A stretch of 32,000 nucleotides of DNA from an uncultured Oligoflexia bacterium (GTDB lineage: Bacteria > Bdellovibrionota > UBA1018 > UBA6935). The notes beneath the pieces were generated by a model. That model had not been told where the DNA came from. It did not search any database and worked only from the letters and a program-made list of their open reading frames with translations. This document shows, in pieces, positions 8,810 to 17,815 of the stretch (the stretch's first letter is position 1; each line of letters opens with the position of its first letter). A program made the translations under genes and the position numbers. The DNA lies in assembly GCA_964013565.1 (NCBI GenBank), contig CAXGWU010000008.1, forward strand, positions 30,950 to 62,949. Reading direction: 5' to 3'.

Positions 8810-9991
8810 ATGAACCATTCCGTTGTTTTTTTATCGGCTGTTAGAACTCCCTTTGGTGCATTTCAAGGAGCCTTATCTTCTCTTCCAGCACATCAGTTAG
8901 GGGCTCGTGCAATCGATGGAGCATTGAAACAAGCACAGCTTTCTCATGATGTCGTGAGTGAGGTGGTGATGGGATGTGTCCTTCAAGCCGGACAGGGGCA
9001 AGCCCCCGCTCGTCAAGCTGCCTTAGGAGCTGGACTTCCTCAGTCGGTTCCTGCAGTCACGATCAACAAGGTGTGTGGTTCAGGAATGAAATCGATCATG
9101 CTGGGAGCCCAATCCATTCTTTTGGGTGACAGTGATGTCGTAGTTGCTGGAGGAATGGAAAATATGAGTCAAGCTCCCTATCTTCTGACTCAAGCACGAG
9201 ATGGATTTCGTATGGGAAATCAAACAACTTTAGATTCAATGGTTCATGATGGATTGTGGGATCCGTACAATGATCAACATATGGGAAACTGTGGAGAACT
9301 CTGTGCTCGAGAGAATCAGTTTTCTCGAGAAGCTCAAGATCAATTTGCAATTGAAAGTTTTCAAAAAGCTCAAAAAGCACAGAATGAAGGTCTTTTTAAA
9401 AATGAAATGATTTCTGTAGAGGTTCCAGGACGGAAAGGTCCAACAGTAGTGGATATGGATGAAGGGCCGGCAAAAGTGAAGTTTGAAAAAATTCCAACGC
9501 TTCGACCTGCATTTCAAAAAGATGGAACCGTCACTGCAGCAAATGCATCTTCTTTAAATGATGGTGCTGCTGCTGTTGTTTTAGCAAGTGCAGAAAAGGC
9601 GAAAGCACTTGGAAAAAAACCCCTTGCTCGTCTTATTTCTTATGGAACACATGCTCAAGCACCAGAGTGGTTTACGACAGCTCCGGCAACGGCCATGAAA
9701 AATGCAATGGATAAAGCAGGGTGGAGTGTTTCTGATGTTGATCTCTTTGAAATTAATGAAGCCTTTGCAGTCGTTGCTTTAGCTGCGGAATCAGATCTTT
9801 CGATTCCAAGAGAAAAGATCAATGTTCATGGTGGTGCGATTTCAATTGGTCATCCTATTGGAGCGAGTGGAGCTCGAATCGTAGTCACTTTGATTCATGC
9901 GCTTCGAGCAAGAAATCTTAAAAAAGGGGTTGCTGGAATTTGTATTGGTGGTGGAGAAGCCACTGCTGTTTGTGTAGAAATAGAGGACTAA
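8810..9991 (+). CDS. Acetyl-CoA C-acetyltransferase (thiolase II)
   Basis: [10 protein letters not shown] (acyl-Cys), [17 protein letters not shown] and [10 protein letters not shown]-terminal signatures. 393 aa. Confidence 0.9.
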   Translation: MNHSVVFLSAVRTPFGAFQGALSSLPAHQLGARAIDGALKQAQLSHDVVSEVVMGCVLQAGQGQAPARQAALGAGLPQSVPAVTINKVCGSGMKSIMLGAQSILLGDSDVVVAGGMENMSQAPYLLTQARDGFRMGNQTTLDSMVHDGLWDPYNDQHMGNCGELCARENQFSREAQDQFAIESFQKAQKAQNEGLFKNEMISVEVPGRKGPTVVDMDEGPAKVKFEKIPTLRPAFQKDGTVTAANASSLNDGAAAVVLASAEKAKALGKKPLARLISYGTHAQAPEWFTTAPATAMKNAMDKAGWSVSDVDLFEINEAFAVVALAAESDLSIPREKINVHGGAISIGHPIGASGARIVVTLIHALRARNLKKGVAGICIGGGEATAVCVEIED

Positions 9992-9992
9992 G

Positions 9993-10688
9993 ATGGCCAA
10001 TAAGAGAGTAAATAACGCAAGAGAAGCTGTTTCCGATATCTTCGATGGAGCAGTCCTGGCTGTTGGTGGATTTGGGCTTTGTGGAATTCCTGAAAACAGT
10101 ATTGCAGCACTTGTAGAACAAGGGGCGAAAAACCTTACTTGTATTTCAAATAACGCAGGTGTTGATGATTTTGGAATTGGTTTAATGCTTCAAAAGCGGC
10201 AGGTAAAAAAAATGATTTCTTCATATGTTGGAGAAAATAAACTTTTTGAAGAATTGATGCTTTCTGGTGAACTTGAAGTGGAATTGAATCCACAAGGAAC
10301 ACTAGCAGAAAGACTAAGAGCTGGAGGGGCCGGAATTCCTGCTTTTTTTACTCCTACCGGGGTTGGAACAAAGGTTTCTGAAGGAAAAGAAGTCAGAAAT
10401 TTTGATGGGCGAGACTATGTTTTAGAGCGAGCGCTGAAAGCAGATTTTGCTTTAGTGAAAGCATGGAAAGCAGATGAAAAAGGAAATTTGGTTTTTAGAA
10501 AAACAGCAAGGAACTTTAATCCACTTTGTGCAACTGCAGGTAAAGTCACCATTGTAGAAGTCGAAGAAATCGTTCCTGCAGGTGGTTTGGATCCAGATCA
10601 GATTCATCTTTCTGGAATTTATGTGGATCGGTTATTTGTTGGACCTTCTTATGAAAAAAGGATTGAAAAAAGGACGGTGAGAGCATGA
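9993..10688 (+). CDS. scoA: 3-oxoacid (succinyl-CoA:acetoacetate) CoA-transferase subunit A
   Basis: [40 protein letters not shown] and [23 protein letters not shown] are strongly family-typical. Starts 1 nt after the thiolase stop. Confidence 0.9.
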   Translation: MANKRVNNAREAVSDIFDGAVLAVGGFGLCGIPENSIAALVEQGAKNLTCISNNAGVDDFGIGLMLQKRQVKKMISSYVGENKLFEELMLSGELEVELNPQGTLAERLRAGGAGIPAFFTPTGVGTKVSEGKEVRNFDGRDYVLERALKADFALVKAWKADEKGNLVFRKTARNFNPLCATAGKVTIVEVEEIVPAGGLDPDQIHLSGIYVDRLFVGPSYEKRIEKRTVRA

Positions 10689-11311
10689 GTCTTTCTCGAG
10701 ATGGCATTGCAAAAAGAATAGCTCAAGAGTTGGAAGATGGCTTCTATGTCAATTTAGGAATCGGAATACCTACATTGGTTGCAAACTATATTCCCGAAGG
10801 AATGGATGTGACCCTGCAAAGTGAAAATGGGCTTCTTGGAATCGGTCCTTTTCCAACAGAAGATCAAGTCGATCCTGATTTAATTAACGCTGGAAAAGAA
10901 ACCATTACGACTGTTCCTGGTTCTGTCTTTTTTTCAAGTGCTGAATCATTTGCAATGATTCGAGGAGGACATGTTGATTTGACTGTTCTTGGTGCAATGG
11001 AAGTTTCTGAGTCTGGAGATATTGCAAACTGGATGATTCCTGGAAAAGTAGTCAAAGGAATGGGGGGAGCAATGGATCTAGTTGCTGGAGCAAAAAGAGT
11101 CATCGTCGCCATGGCTCATTGTTCAAAATCTGGAAAGAGCAAAATTTTAAAAGAATGCACGCTTCCTCTTACTGGTAGAGGTGTCGTGGATCATATTGTC
11201 ACTGATCTTGCAGTCTTTGATGTAGTTCCTGGTGGACTAAAGCTCGTAGAGTGTGCTCCCGGAGTAGAAGAATCTTATGTGAGGTCAGTGACTGAGGCAA
11301 CTATTCTCTAA
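10685..11311 (+). CDS. scoB: 3-oxoacid CoA-transferase subunit B
   Basis: LQSENGLLG (catalytic Glu motif) and [13 protein letters not shown] overlap with subunit A. Confidence 0.9.
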   Translation: MSLSRDGIAKRIAQELEDGFYVNLGIGIPTLVANYIPEGMDVTLQSENGLLGIGPFPTEDQVDPDLINAGKETITTVPGSVFFSSAESFAMIRGGHVDLTVLGAMEVSESGDIANWMIPGKVVKGMGGAMDLVAGAKRVIVAMAHCSKSGKSKILKECTLPLTGRGVVDHIVTDLAVFDVVPGGLKLVECAPGVEESYVRSVTEATIL

Positions 11312-12353
11312 AAGGAGTCCATGTTTCTACGGGTTCTTTTTTATGATGAATCGTTTTAATTTGCAGTAGATCATGTTTGATTTTTGAAAGCGGATTTTTA
11401 ACACTATATCCCTCGATGGATTCGATTTGAGTGGGAATGGGTGGTGCAGTCTCGTTGGGTGTGAATATTCTTTTTAGGAAGGCTTGTATTCGATGAGGAG
11501 TCGTTTTTGTTTCTACGACAGAATGGATTCCTGTTTGAATGACTGGAAGAGGGAGATATTGAGAAAACTCAAACCATTTTCTTTTTTGTTCTGCTTTTCT
11601 AAATGCTCCCCTTAATTCGGTATAAGAATTTTTTCCTAAAAATAAAGAGGTGAGATGGACAGGAATACGAGCTGTTTCTATTTTTTCTCTTTCAGAGAAA
11701 AGATGAAACTCAGGTAATAAAATCATCGGAAAAATTCCTGCTAATTTAAGATAGACTCGGTCTACATTCCAGCTCTGAAAGGAAGGATATCCATGTTCTT
11801 GGTGAACTGAATTGATCCAAGCAAGACTGAGTGAAACAAGAGAGAGAATGACATGGGTTTTTCCATAGCTAAGGCGAGGAATGGTATTTTCGTCTTCTAA
11901 GTCTAATTCTAAAGTGGGTTTAAGTTTCTCTATAATTCCTTCAATGGTAAAAAGTCCCATTTTTAAATCACGTTTTTTTGATCGAGGAACTTCTTGAGAG
12001 TTTTCTAAGGTTTGTAGTTGATGAAAAACTTTTTTGAATTCAATAAGAAGTTGTCGTTGAAAAGGCGCAAATGCAGGACCTAGTGATGTTTTAAAAGCCT
12101 GATCGAGTCTTCCGTCTTTTATAAAATGACTGATCATAGAAGCCCATAGATCAAATCGAATCGAGCTTTTTGGATGAGCTGTGTTTTTATAACGATCGGT
12201 CATTTTTTCCATTCGCAACAGGATTTCTCTTCTTTCAGTTTCATTAACGAGTTCTGGAAAGCTCATTTCAAAGACACTTTCACACGCAGGTCCATGTGCG
12301 TAACTTTTGTGAAGAGATATCGATAGGATGAGAGAAATAAAAAAAATCTTCAT
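11301..12353 (-). CDS. Secreted hypothetical protein, second gene of a tandem pair (weak paralog of the upstream gene)
   Basis: 350 aa with signal peptide [23 protein letters not shown]-coupled to the 12350-13543 ORF. The post-signal Cys and the segment [21 protein letters not shown] resemble HIEIWKRMVQRFITNELDQN in the neighbour. Confidence 0.55.
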   Translation of the reverse strand: MKIFFISLILSISLHKSYAHGPACESVFEMSFPELVNETERREILLRMEKMTDRYKNTAHPKSSIRFDLWASMISHFIKDGRLDQAFKTSLGPAFAPFQRQLLIEFKKVFHQLQTLENSQEVPRSKKRDLKMGLFTIEGIIEKLKPTLELDLEDENTIPRLSYGKTHVILSLVSLSLAWINSVHQEHGYPSFQSWNVDRVYLKLAGIFPMILLPEFHLFSEREKIETARIPVHLTSLFLGKNSYTELRGAFRKAEQKRKWFEFSQYLPLPVIQTGIHSVVETKTTPHRIQAFLKRIFTPNETAPPIPTQIESIEGYSVKNPLSKIKHDLLQIKTIHHKKEPVETWTPFRE

Positions 12354-13543
12354 TGAATATCTCCATATTTTAAAATTAGATGAGATTTTTTAACGGCTTG
12401 ATTGATCTTTTGAGAGGGCTTAAATAACCACTCATACGCTCGTTGTGATAAGGGTTCATCATTTGAGGGAATCCATTTTTTTGGAATTGCATTTTTAATT
12501 TGGAGACGACTAATAAATTGAGGAGTAAATAATTTAGGATTTAAATCTCCTGTGAAGAATGAGTAATGTTGTTTACCTTCATGACGAAAGATTGCAAGTC
12601 GAAGCATCAGTCGAAGTTGATCTTGTTCAGAGAGTTTGTTTTTTTCTGAATCTAAGACTTCAAACCACTCTAAAAAAAGATCAATTTGAGTAAGTAGAGT
12701 ACTCATTTCTTTCAGAGTAAAATAGTCTTTTCTTATGTTTCCATAGAAAAAGTTGAGGTTATTATTGTGTAAAAAGTCATGTTCTAAATTTTCTGATGGT
12801 CGAGCAAGGGTTCCATCGACTTGTTTTGTTGTGCTTTCTACAGCGTTCACGTTTAATAACGTAGGAGTCATATGATAAAAATCGACCCAGGAAATGTTTT
12901 GACGAATGATTGGGATTTGAAGAAAGGGAAAGTTTTCTATTATTCGTTCTTTTTTTCTTATCTTTTTATCTTTATAAAATCCAAAAATATATCGAATTTC
13001 AGGATGATTCAATCGATAGTTTCTTGCACTTTCGTTTTCAAAATGAATTAAAAAGTCTGATAGATGGGTATAAAACTCTGAAAGAGTATGAATTAAAAAA
13101 TAAGTAATCTTTTTTTCTTCTTTTATTCTAAAAATCCATTGATGCGTTTGATCTTCAATATCCTCAATATCATTTAAAATTTGTAGTTTTATTTTATCTT
13201 TCTGATTTGCTTTAAAAAAAACTTTTAACTCATTGAGTTTAGATAATGCTTGTTTGAGAGCAGAATCAATTTTTTTTATTTTATCTTTCCATTCTAAGAC
13301 AAGTACGTGAGGAATGGTGTTTTGATCCAGTTCATTTGTAATAAATCTTTGAACCATTCGTTTCCAAATTTCAATGTGAGTTTTCTGTGATGATGGAGAT
13401 AAGGTTTTCATCGATTGAGTCACTGTTTCTAGTTTCTCAAGGAGGTGTGATTGTGAAGCCTGTTGATACAAGGAGGCGCACGTCTGGGAGTGAGAGTAAG
13501 CACTCACAGAGAAAAGAAAAATAAAAATAAGAAGACCACGCAT
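12350..13543 (-). CDS. Secreted hypothetical protein, first gene of the tandem pair
   Basis: 397 aa with signal peptide MRGLLIFIFLFSVSAYS. Very AT-rich coding sequence. I recognise no family. Confidence 0.55.
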   Translation of the reverse strand: MRGLLIFIFLFSVSAYSHSQTCASLYQQASQSHLLEKLETVTQSMKTLSPSSQKTHIEIWKRMVQRFITNELDQNTIPHVLVLEWKDKIKKIDSALKQALSKLNELKVFFKANQKDKIKLQILNDIEDIEDQTHQWIFRIKEEKKITYFLIHTLSEFYTHLSDFLIHFENESARNYRLNHPEIRYIFGFYKDKKIRKKERIIENFPFLQIPIIRQNISWVDFYHMTPTLLNVNAVESTTKQVDGTLARPSENLEHDFLHNNNLNFFYGNIRKDYFTLKEMSTLLTQIDLFLEWFEVLDSEKNKLSEQDQLRLMLRLAIFRHEGKQHYSFFTGDLNPKLFTPQFISRLQIKNAIPKKWIPSNDEPLSQRAYEWLFKPSQKINQAVKKSHLILKYGDIQ

Positions 13544-13778
13544 ATTTAATCCTTAAATAACGCGCCATTTATAACATACTTGTTTTGAATCATAAAATAG
13601 GGGTGTTGTTTTTATTTTCTTTAAATAACAAAAGGTTATGTTTTTATTCTCCCGGATTCAGGTCTAGTAGTTGTATAGATCGATCTTGAATCGAGTATAG
13701 GGTTAATTAAATATCCTTATTTCTAATTTTTGAGGGCATTTAATTATAGGGATAAAACATTTTTCCCGAAAAGCAGAT

Positions 13779-14495
13779 GTGGTTTTTTATCTTTCTTTTT
13801 TCATCTTTTTGATCGTGGGTGAGCCGCTTCAAGCGGATTCGTTGAACTGTCTTTTGCTACCCGGAGAAAACGAAATTTCTCAGGAACTCTTAAGCAGTTT
13901 TGATGAGCCTTATTTTAAGGGCGTTCTTATGCCTGATCCTGAAAACTTGGTCAAAGAGTGGGGAGAGGTTTTTGGAGCTTCTCGTGTTTCTGAAGTTCAT
14001 CGGTTAGGATCTGGTGGAATGGGTGGAGATGTCTACCGAGTTCGAGTGAGTACCTCAAATCACGCTGATCAAGAAATCGTTTTAAAAAAATATTATGCAA
14101 ATACAGATGCTCAGGCGGATTTTACATCGATGAAGCTATTGAGTGACTTTGATGACTCTCACTTAAAAATTGCAAAGGTAGAGTGGTATAATCGAGAGGA
14201 ATCAATCGTAGAAATTCAGAATATTCAAGGGTGGGAGCTTAGATCTATTCTAAAAAATAAAAGAATATCTGAAAAAGCAAAAAAACGAATATTTACTCAA
14301 TATACTCTCAGTATGAATCTGCTTGATCAGTTTTTGAAAAAAAAAGGCTTTAAAAAAGTTGCGGTCATTCAAAAAAATGGTCTTTACTCTTGGATTCGAA
14401 CCAGTGGAGGGAAGGTTGAAGAAATTGTGATTCACCCTGGACAAGTGATCGTAGATCCTCAGACTTTAAAAATCACCATTATTGACCCCAGTTGA
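13779..14495 (+). CDS. Short kinase/APH-fold-like protein with a hydrophobic N-terminus (probably degenerate)
   Basis: GTG start. Gly-rich loop LGSGGMGGDVYRV (nt 14007-14042) is followed by VLKK (VAIK-like Lys). The C-terminal IHPGQVIVD...IIDPS resembles HGDlhpgN...IDw/DFG of aminoglycoside/choline-kinase-type phosphotransferases. The catalytic Asp position is not conserved and the ORF ends right after IIDPS. Confidence 0.45.
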   Translation: MVFYLSFFIFLIVGEPLQADSLNCLLLPGENEISQELLSSFDEPYFKGVLMPDPENLVKEWGEVFGASRVSEVHRLGSGGMGGDVYRVRVSTSNHADQEIVLKKYYANTDAQADFTSMKLLSDFDDSHLKIAKVEWYNREESIVEIQNIQGWELRSILKNKRISEKAKKRIFTQYTLSMNLLDQFLKKKGFKKVAVIQKNGLYSWIRTSGGKVEEIVIHPGQVIVDPQTLKITIIDPS

Positions 14496-14542
14496 TTCAG
14501 TTTCAATTTTGCAATTAGAGCAATTATTGATAGCTTTGAAAT

Positions 14543-16342
14543 ATGAAATCAAAATACCTTCTAGTTGGAATGAGTCTTTTAGTGGGATGTCAGACGGGGA
14601 AACCTCTTTACAGAGAAACTAAAGCGAAAAAAGAACATTTAAAATTTATCAAACAGCTGAGCTCCGATCCTAAGGTGGATTTTGATCGGAGTAAAATTTT
14701 GCCAGTGGTAGGAACCCGGGGAATGGTTGCTGTTGATAGTCGAGAAGCGGCGCTCTGGGGTGCGGAAATTTTAAGAAGAGGCGGAAATGCGATCGATGCA
14801 GCTGTCGCTACTGGATGGATGATGGCTGTAACAAGACCACAGCATGGAACTATTGGAGGAGGGGGATTTATGATTTATTGTCCTGCTTCTTTTAAAAAAG
14901 GAAAGTGTCGAGCTTTGAATTTTAGAGAAAAAGCTCCACAAAAAGCGCATCGGAATGTCTATGTGGTTGATGGAAAACCAAGAACAGATCTCTCTCAGAA
15001 TCATCCAATGGCTTCCGGAGTACCTGGAATCGTTGACGGGTACTTTTATGCCTTAAAAAAATGGGGAACTCGATCCCATTCGGAATTGATGAAAAAACCC
15101 ATTGAAGTCGCAGAAAACGGTTTTGTATTTACGGGTGAACTTGAAAGTTCCGCCTTAGATCGATGGTCTTCGATGAATCCTGAAGCAAAGAAAATTTTTG
15201 GATGTAATCACGGAAAAGTTTCATCAAAGCCCTGTCGTCCAGGTAAAAAAGTGATTCAAAAAGACTTATCTCGAGTTTTAAAAACAATTTCTCAAAAAGG
15301 AAGAAAGGGTTTTTATGAGGGATGGGTTGCTCAAAAAATCGTAAAAGGACTTCGGAGAAAAGGCGGGATGATGTCTTTAAAGGACTTGCAGTCTTACCGT
15401 TCAGTTGAGATGGATCCGATTCAAGGAGATTATTTAGGGTATCAAATTTTTTCAATGCCTCCTCCATCTGCCGGTGGTGCAATGATTGCTCAAATGTTTC
15501 AGTATGTGAAACATGCGGATGAAAATAAGGCATTTGAGAACGGAGATCTTTCCTCTCAGACGGTGCACGCTCTTAGTCATGCCATGAATTTATCTTTTGC
15601 AGATCGTGCTGTACATTTTGGAGATCCGGATTTTTATCCGGTTCCTTTAAAAAAGTTAATGGATCCGGCTTATCTGAAAGAAAGATGGGAATCGACATAT
15701 CATCCAAATTCAGCTTATTTTCCACAAGCAGGTGGGATCCATGTCAGTGAAGGACAGCACACGACTCACTTTGCTGTGATTGATAAAAAAGGAAATGCAG
15801 TGAGCATTACCATCACTCAAAACAATAACTATGGATCAGGGTTTGTTCCTCCCGGAACGGGAATTGTAATGAATAATGAAATGGATGATTTTAGTATTCA
15901 ACCAGGAACCCCCAATCTCTTCGGTTTGGTCGGATCGGAAGCAAATGCAGTCGCTCCAGAAAAAAGACCTCTGAGTTCGATGTCTCCAACGATTGTTACC
16001 GACTCTCAAGGGCGTCCTCGAATTGCTCTGGGAGCAGCAGGAGGACCCACGATTACCACTTCTGTGTTTTTAACATTGGTTCGAAGAATGAGACTTGGAC
16101 TCACTCTGCCTGATGCAATGATGGCAACTCGTTTTCATCAACAGTGGAAGCCTAAAACTCTTTTTGTTGAAAGAAATGGATTCTCAGATGAGACTTTAGG
16201 TCGACTTCAACAGATTGGGTATTCTCTTCGTGAGAAAGGTCACATTGCTCGGATGCATGCCATTGAAAGATATCCAGACGGAACTCTTTGGGGAGTCTCA
16301 GATCGTCGTTCAGAAGGAGCAGCGGTTCCTGAGCCGTTATGA
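14543..16342 (+). CDS. ggt: Gamma-glutamyltranspeptidase, lipoprotein form
   Basis: Lipobox LLVGC. Autoprocessing/nucleophile site GQHTTHFAVIDKKGNAVS. PLSSMSPT and GAAGGPTI motifs. 599 aa. Confidence 0.9.
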   Translation: MKSKYLLVGMSLLVGCQTGKPLYRETKAKKEHLKFIKQLSSDPKVDFDRSKILPVVGTRGMVAVDSREAALWGAEILRRGGNAIDAAVATGWMMAVTRPQHGTIGGGGFMIYCPASFKKGKCRALNFREKAPQKAHRNVYVVDGKPRTDLSQNHPMASGVPGIVDGYFYALKKWGTRSHSELMKKPIEVAENGFVFTGELESSALDRWSSMNPEAKKIFGCNHGKVSSKPCRPGKKVIQKDLSRVLKTISQKGRKGFYEGWVAQKIVKGLRRKGGMMSLKDLQSYRSVEMDPIQGDYLGYQIFSMPPPSAGGAMIAQMFQYVKHADENKAFENGDLSSQTVHALSHAMNLSFADRAVHFGDPDFYPVPLKKLMDPAYLKERWESTYHPNSAYFPQAGGIHVSEGQHTTHFAVIDKKGNAVSITITQNNNYGSGFVPPGTGIVMNNEMDDFSIQPGTPNLFGLVGSEANAVAPEKRPLSSMSPTIVTDSQGRPRIALGAAGGPTITTSVFLTLVRRMRLGLTLPDAMMATRFHQQWKPKTLFVERNGFSDETLGRLQQIGYSLREKGHIARMHAIERYPDGTLWGVSDRRSEGAAVPEPL

Positions 16343-17596
16343 GCCGTTTTGAACTCCTTCGGGGGAGGCTTCTACTGTCGCAGTTTCATTTCCAATGAGT
16401 CGCGCAACACCATTGAGTCGAATCAGATAACCAGTCACTAAGTTCATTTCAGCAGGATAATCAACTGAATATTCTGTTGTTTTTCCTAAGTAAGTCCATC
16501 CGTTGGTTGCACTGGGTGGAACAATAAATGTACCGTCTGCAGTGTGCTTTAAAACTCGAATCGAATCTACTTGAGGAGGGTAATCGATTTTTAAGATCAC
16601 TCGTCTCATTTTAAGGATTTGATCAGTTAAGTGTCCTCTCATATCGTCTAGAACTGCGTTAATCGGGGTAGAGCAAACATCGTAACTTCTTCCGTTAAAG
16701 TGGGATGACATTTGAATGTATCGATTACCTCTTCTTGAATTTGAACCAAGGCAATTACTTTGTGTATTGGCTGCAACCGCTGAATAAAATCGAAGCTTGT
16801 TTGAGTCCCCTTTGTTCTTTGCAAACTGAGTTGTGTAATACTCAAAAGAAGAAGCTGAAGTGCAGTCTTCAGCGCTACATCCATCATACGGAACTTGTTC
16901 ACAGGGAGCCATCGGTCCTCCAGGAACTCCTGGATATTGAGGACAGAGAGTCACTCCTGAAGTATCTTCTCCATTACTGACAGCAAGGACAACGGTCAAA
17001 GCATCTTGCCTTAACATTCGGTAAATTGCGCTTCCGGAATTCAGTCCAGCATCAGTGGTGTAAGGAGGACGTTGAGAATGGAGACCTCTTCGAATCATTT
17101 CAAGTCCTGGCTCTTGAGCTCCAGCAGCATAATTAATATCCCCTGAATTTAAAAAATGAGAATAGTTTGATGCCGTTCTAAAATAAGTGGGGTTAACTCG
17201 AGTGTAGTTACCGTTTACAAATCCAAAAGGGTCTGCGCCTGGAAAAGGAGGGATCCATCCACCAATGGTGGTCCAGTTCCCATCATACCGTGAAGCAGCG
17301 ATCTGAGTAATTGATCGTTCTTGAGTGAGTTTGACTGTTGCAAAACGATAGTCCCACTTCTCGGCATCTAAGCTTTGTAAAAATCCTCGTACTTGAGTGT
17401 CGATTTCTCCATAAGCACTCGTGATTGATCCAGAGTCATCCGTAGCTAAGATGACATCGACTTTTGGGGGAACAGCAAGGAGGCCCGCAGCGGATTGTTC
17501 GTTTTCTCCAATTCCAACTCGAATTGCTTCTTGTCCACATCCAGATAAAAAAATAATCAATGTGAGCACACTAAAAAACTTGTTTGAATTCTTCAT
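16337..17596 (-). CDS. Lipoprotein with an N-terminal VWA-like (MIDAS DxSxS) domain
   Basis: Lipobox FLSGC. DVILATDDSGSI matches the VWA MIDAS start. Cys-rich and beta-rich remainder. Its stop overlaps the ggt stop (TTATGA, 16337-16342). Confidence 0.65.
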   Translation of the reverse strand: MKNSNKFFSVLTLIIFLSGCGQEAIRVGIGENEQSAAGLLAVPPKVDVILATDDSGSITSAYGEIDTQVRGFLQSLDAEKWDYRFATVKLTQERSITQIAASRYDGNWTTIGGWIPPFPGADPFGFVNGNYTRVNPTYFRTASNYSHFLNSGDINYAAGAQEPGLEMIRRGLHSQRPPYTTDAGLNSGSAIYRMLRQDALTVVLAVSNGEDTSGVTLCPQYPGVPGGPMAPCEQVPYDGCSAEDCTSASSFEYYTTQFAKNKGDSNKLRFYSAVAANTQSNCLGSNSRRGNRYIQMSSHFNGRSYDVCSTPINAVLDDMRGHLTDQILKMRRVILKIDYPPQVDSIRVLKHTADGTFIVPPSATNGWTYLGKTTEYSVDYPAEMNLVTGYLIRLNGVARLIGNETATVEASPEGVQNGS

Positions 17597-17663
17597 TCAC
17601 TTCTTCCTCGGTAAACCACTTTCACAGGGGGCTCTGAGAATAAGAGAGCCTCATGAGAGATAT

Positions 17664-17679
17664 CGCAAAAGGAGTGCCA
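17664..17679 (-). promoter_or_regulatory. Sigma-54 (RpoN) -24/-12 promoter core upstream of the VWA lipoprotein gene
   Basis: The minus strand reads tTGGCAC-tcctt-TTGCg, exact at all 10 fixed consensus positions. The GC element is ~69 nt upstream of ATG 17596 (predicted TSS near 17653). Confidence 0.65.
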
Positions 17680-17690
17680 ATCGTGACACA

Positions 17691-17698
17691 GGGGGGGG
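17691..17698. repeat. G8/C8 homopolymer tract in the divergent control region
   Basis: gggggggg at 17691-17698, 12 nt upstream of the -24 element of the sigma-54 promoter and ~118 nt upstream of the GTG at 17816. Confidence 0.9.
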
Positions 17699-17815
17699 AG
17701 AATGAAATTCAACTATTTCAATAAGTTAAAATGTTTGTTGAGAAACAAAAACAAAGGGAGTGAGAGAGAATCTCACAAGTGTCAATAAGTTTGTCACTCT
17801 AAGAAAACCGTTGAT

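Noticed and set aside
16331-16348. Direct repeat gagccgtt-at-gagccgtt at the ggt/VWA junction
   Set aside because: It is a very short (8 nt) tandem-like repeat spanning the two interlocked stop codons, with no further copies. It is most simply coincidence or local duplication without evident function.
17702-17788. 28-aa ORF (MKFNYFNKLKCLLRNKNKGSERESHKCQ) right after the G8 tract
   Set aside because: The GGAG is only ~1 nt from the ATG, the peptide shows no recognisable features, and it lies in a control region. There is insufficient support for a gene.
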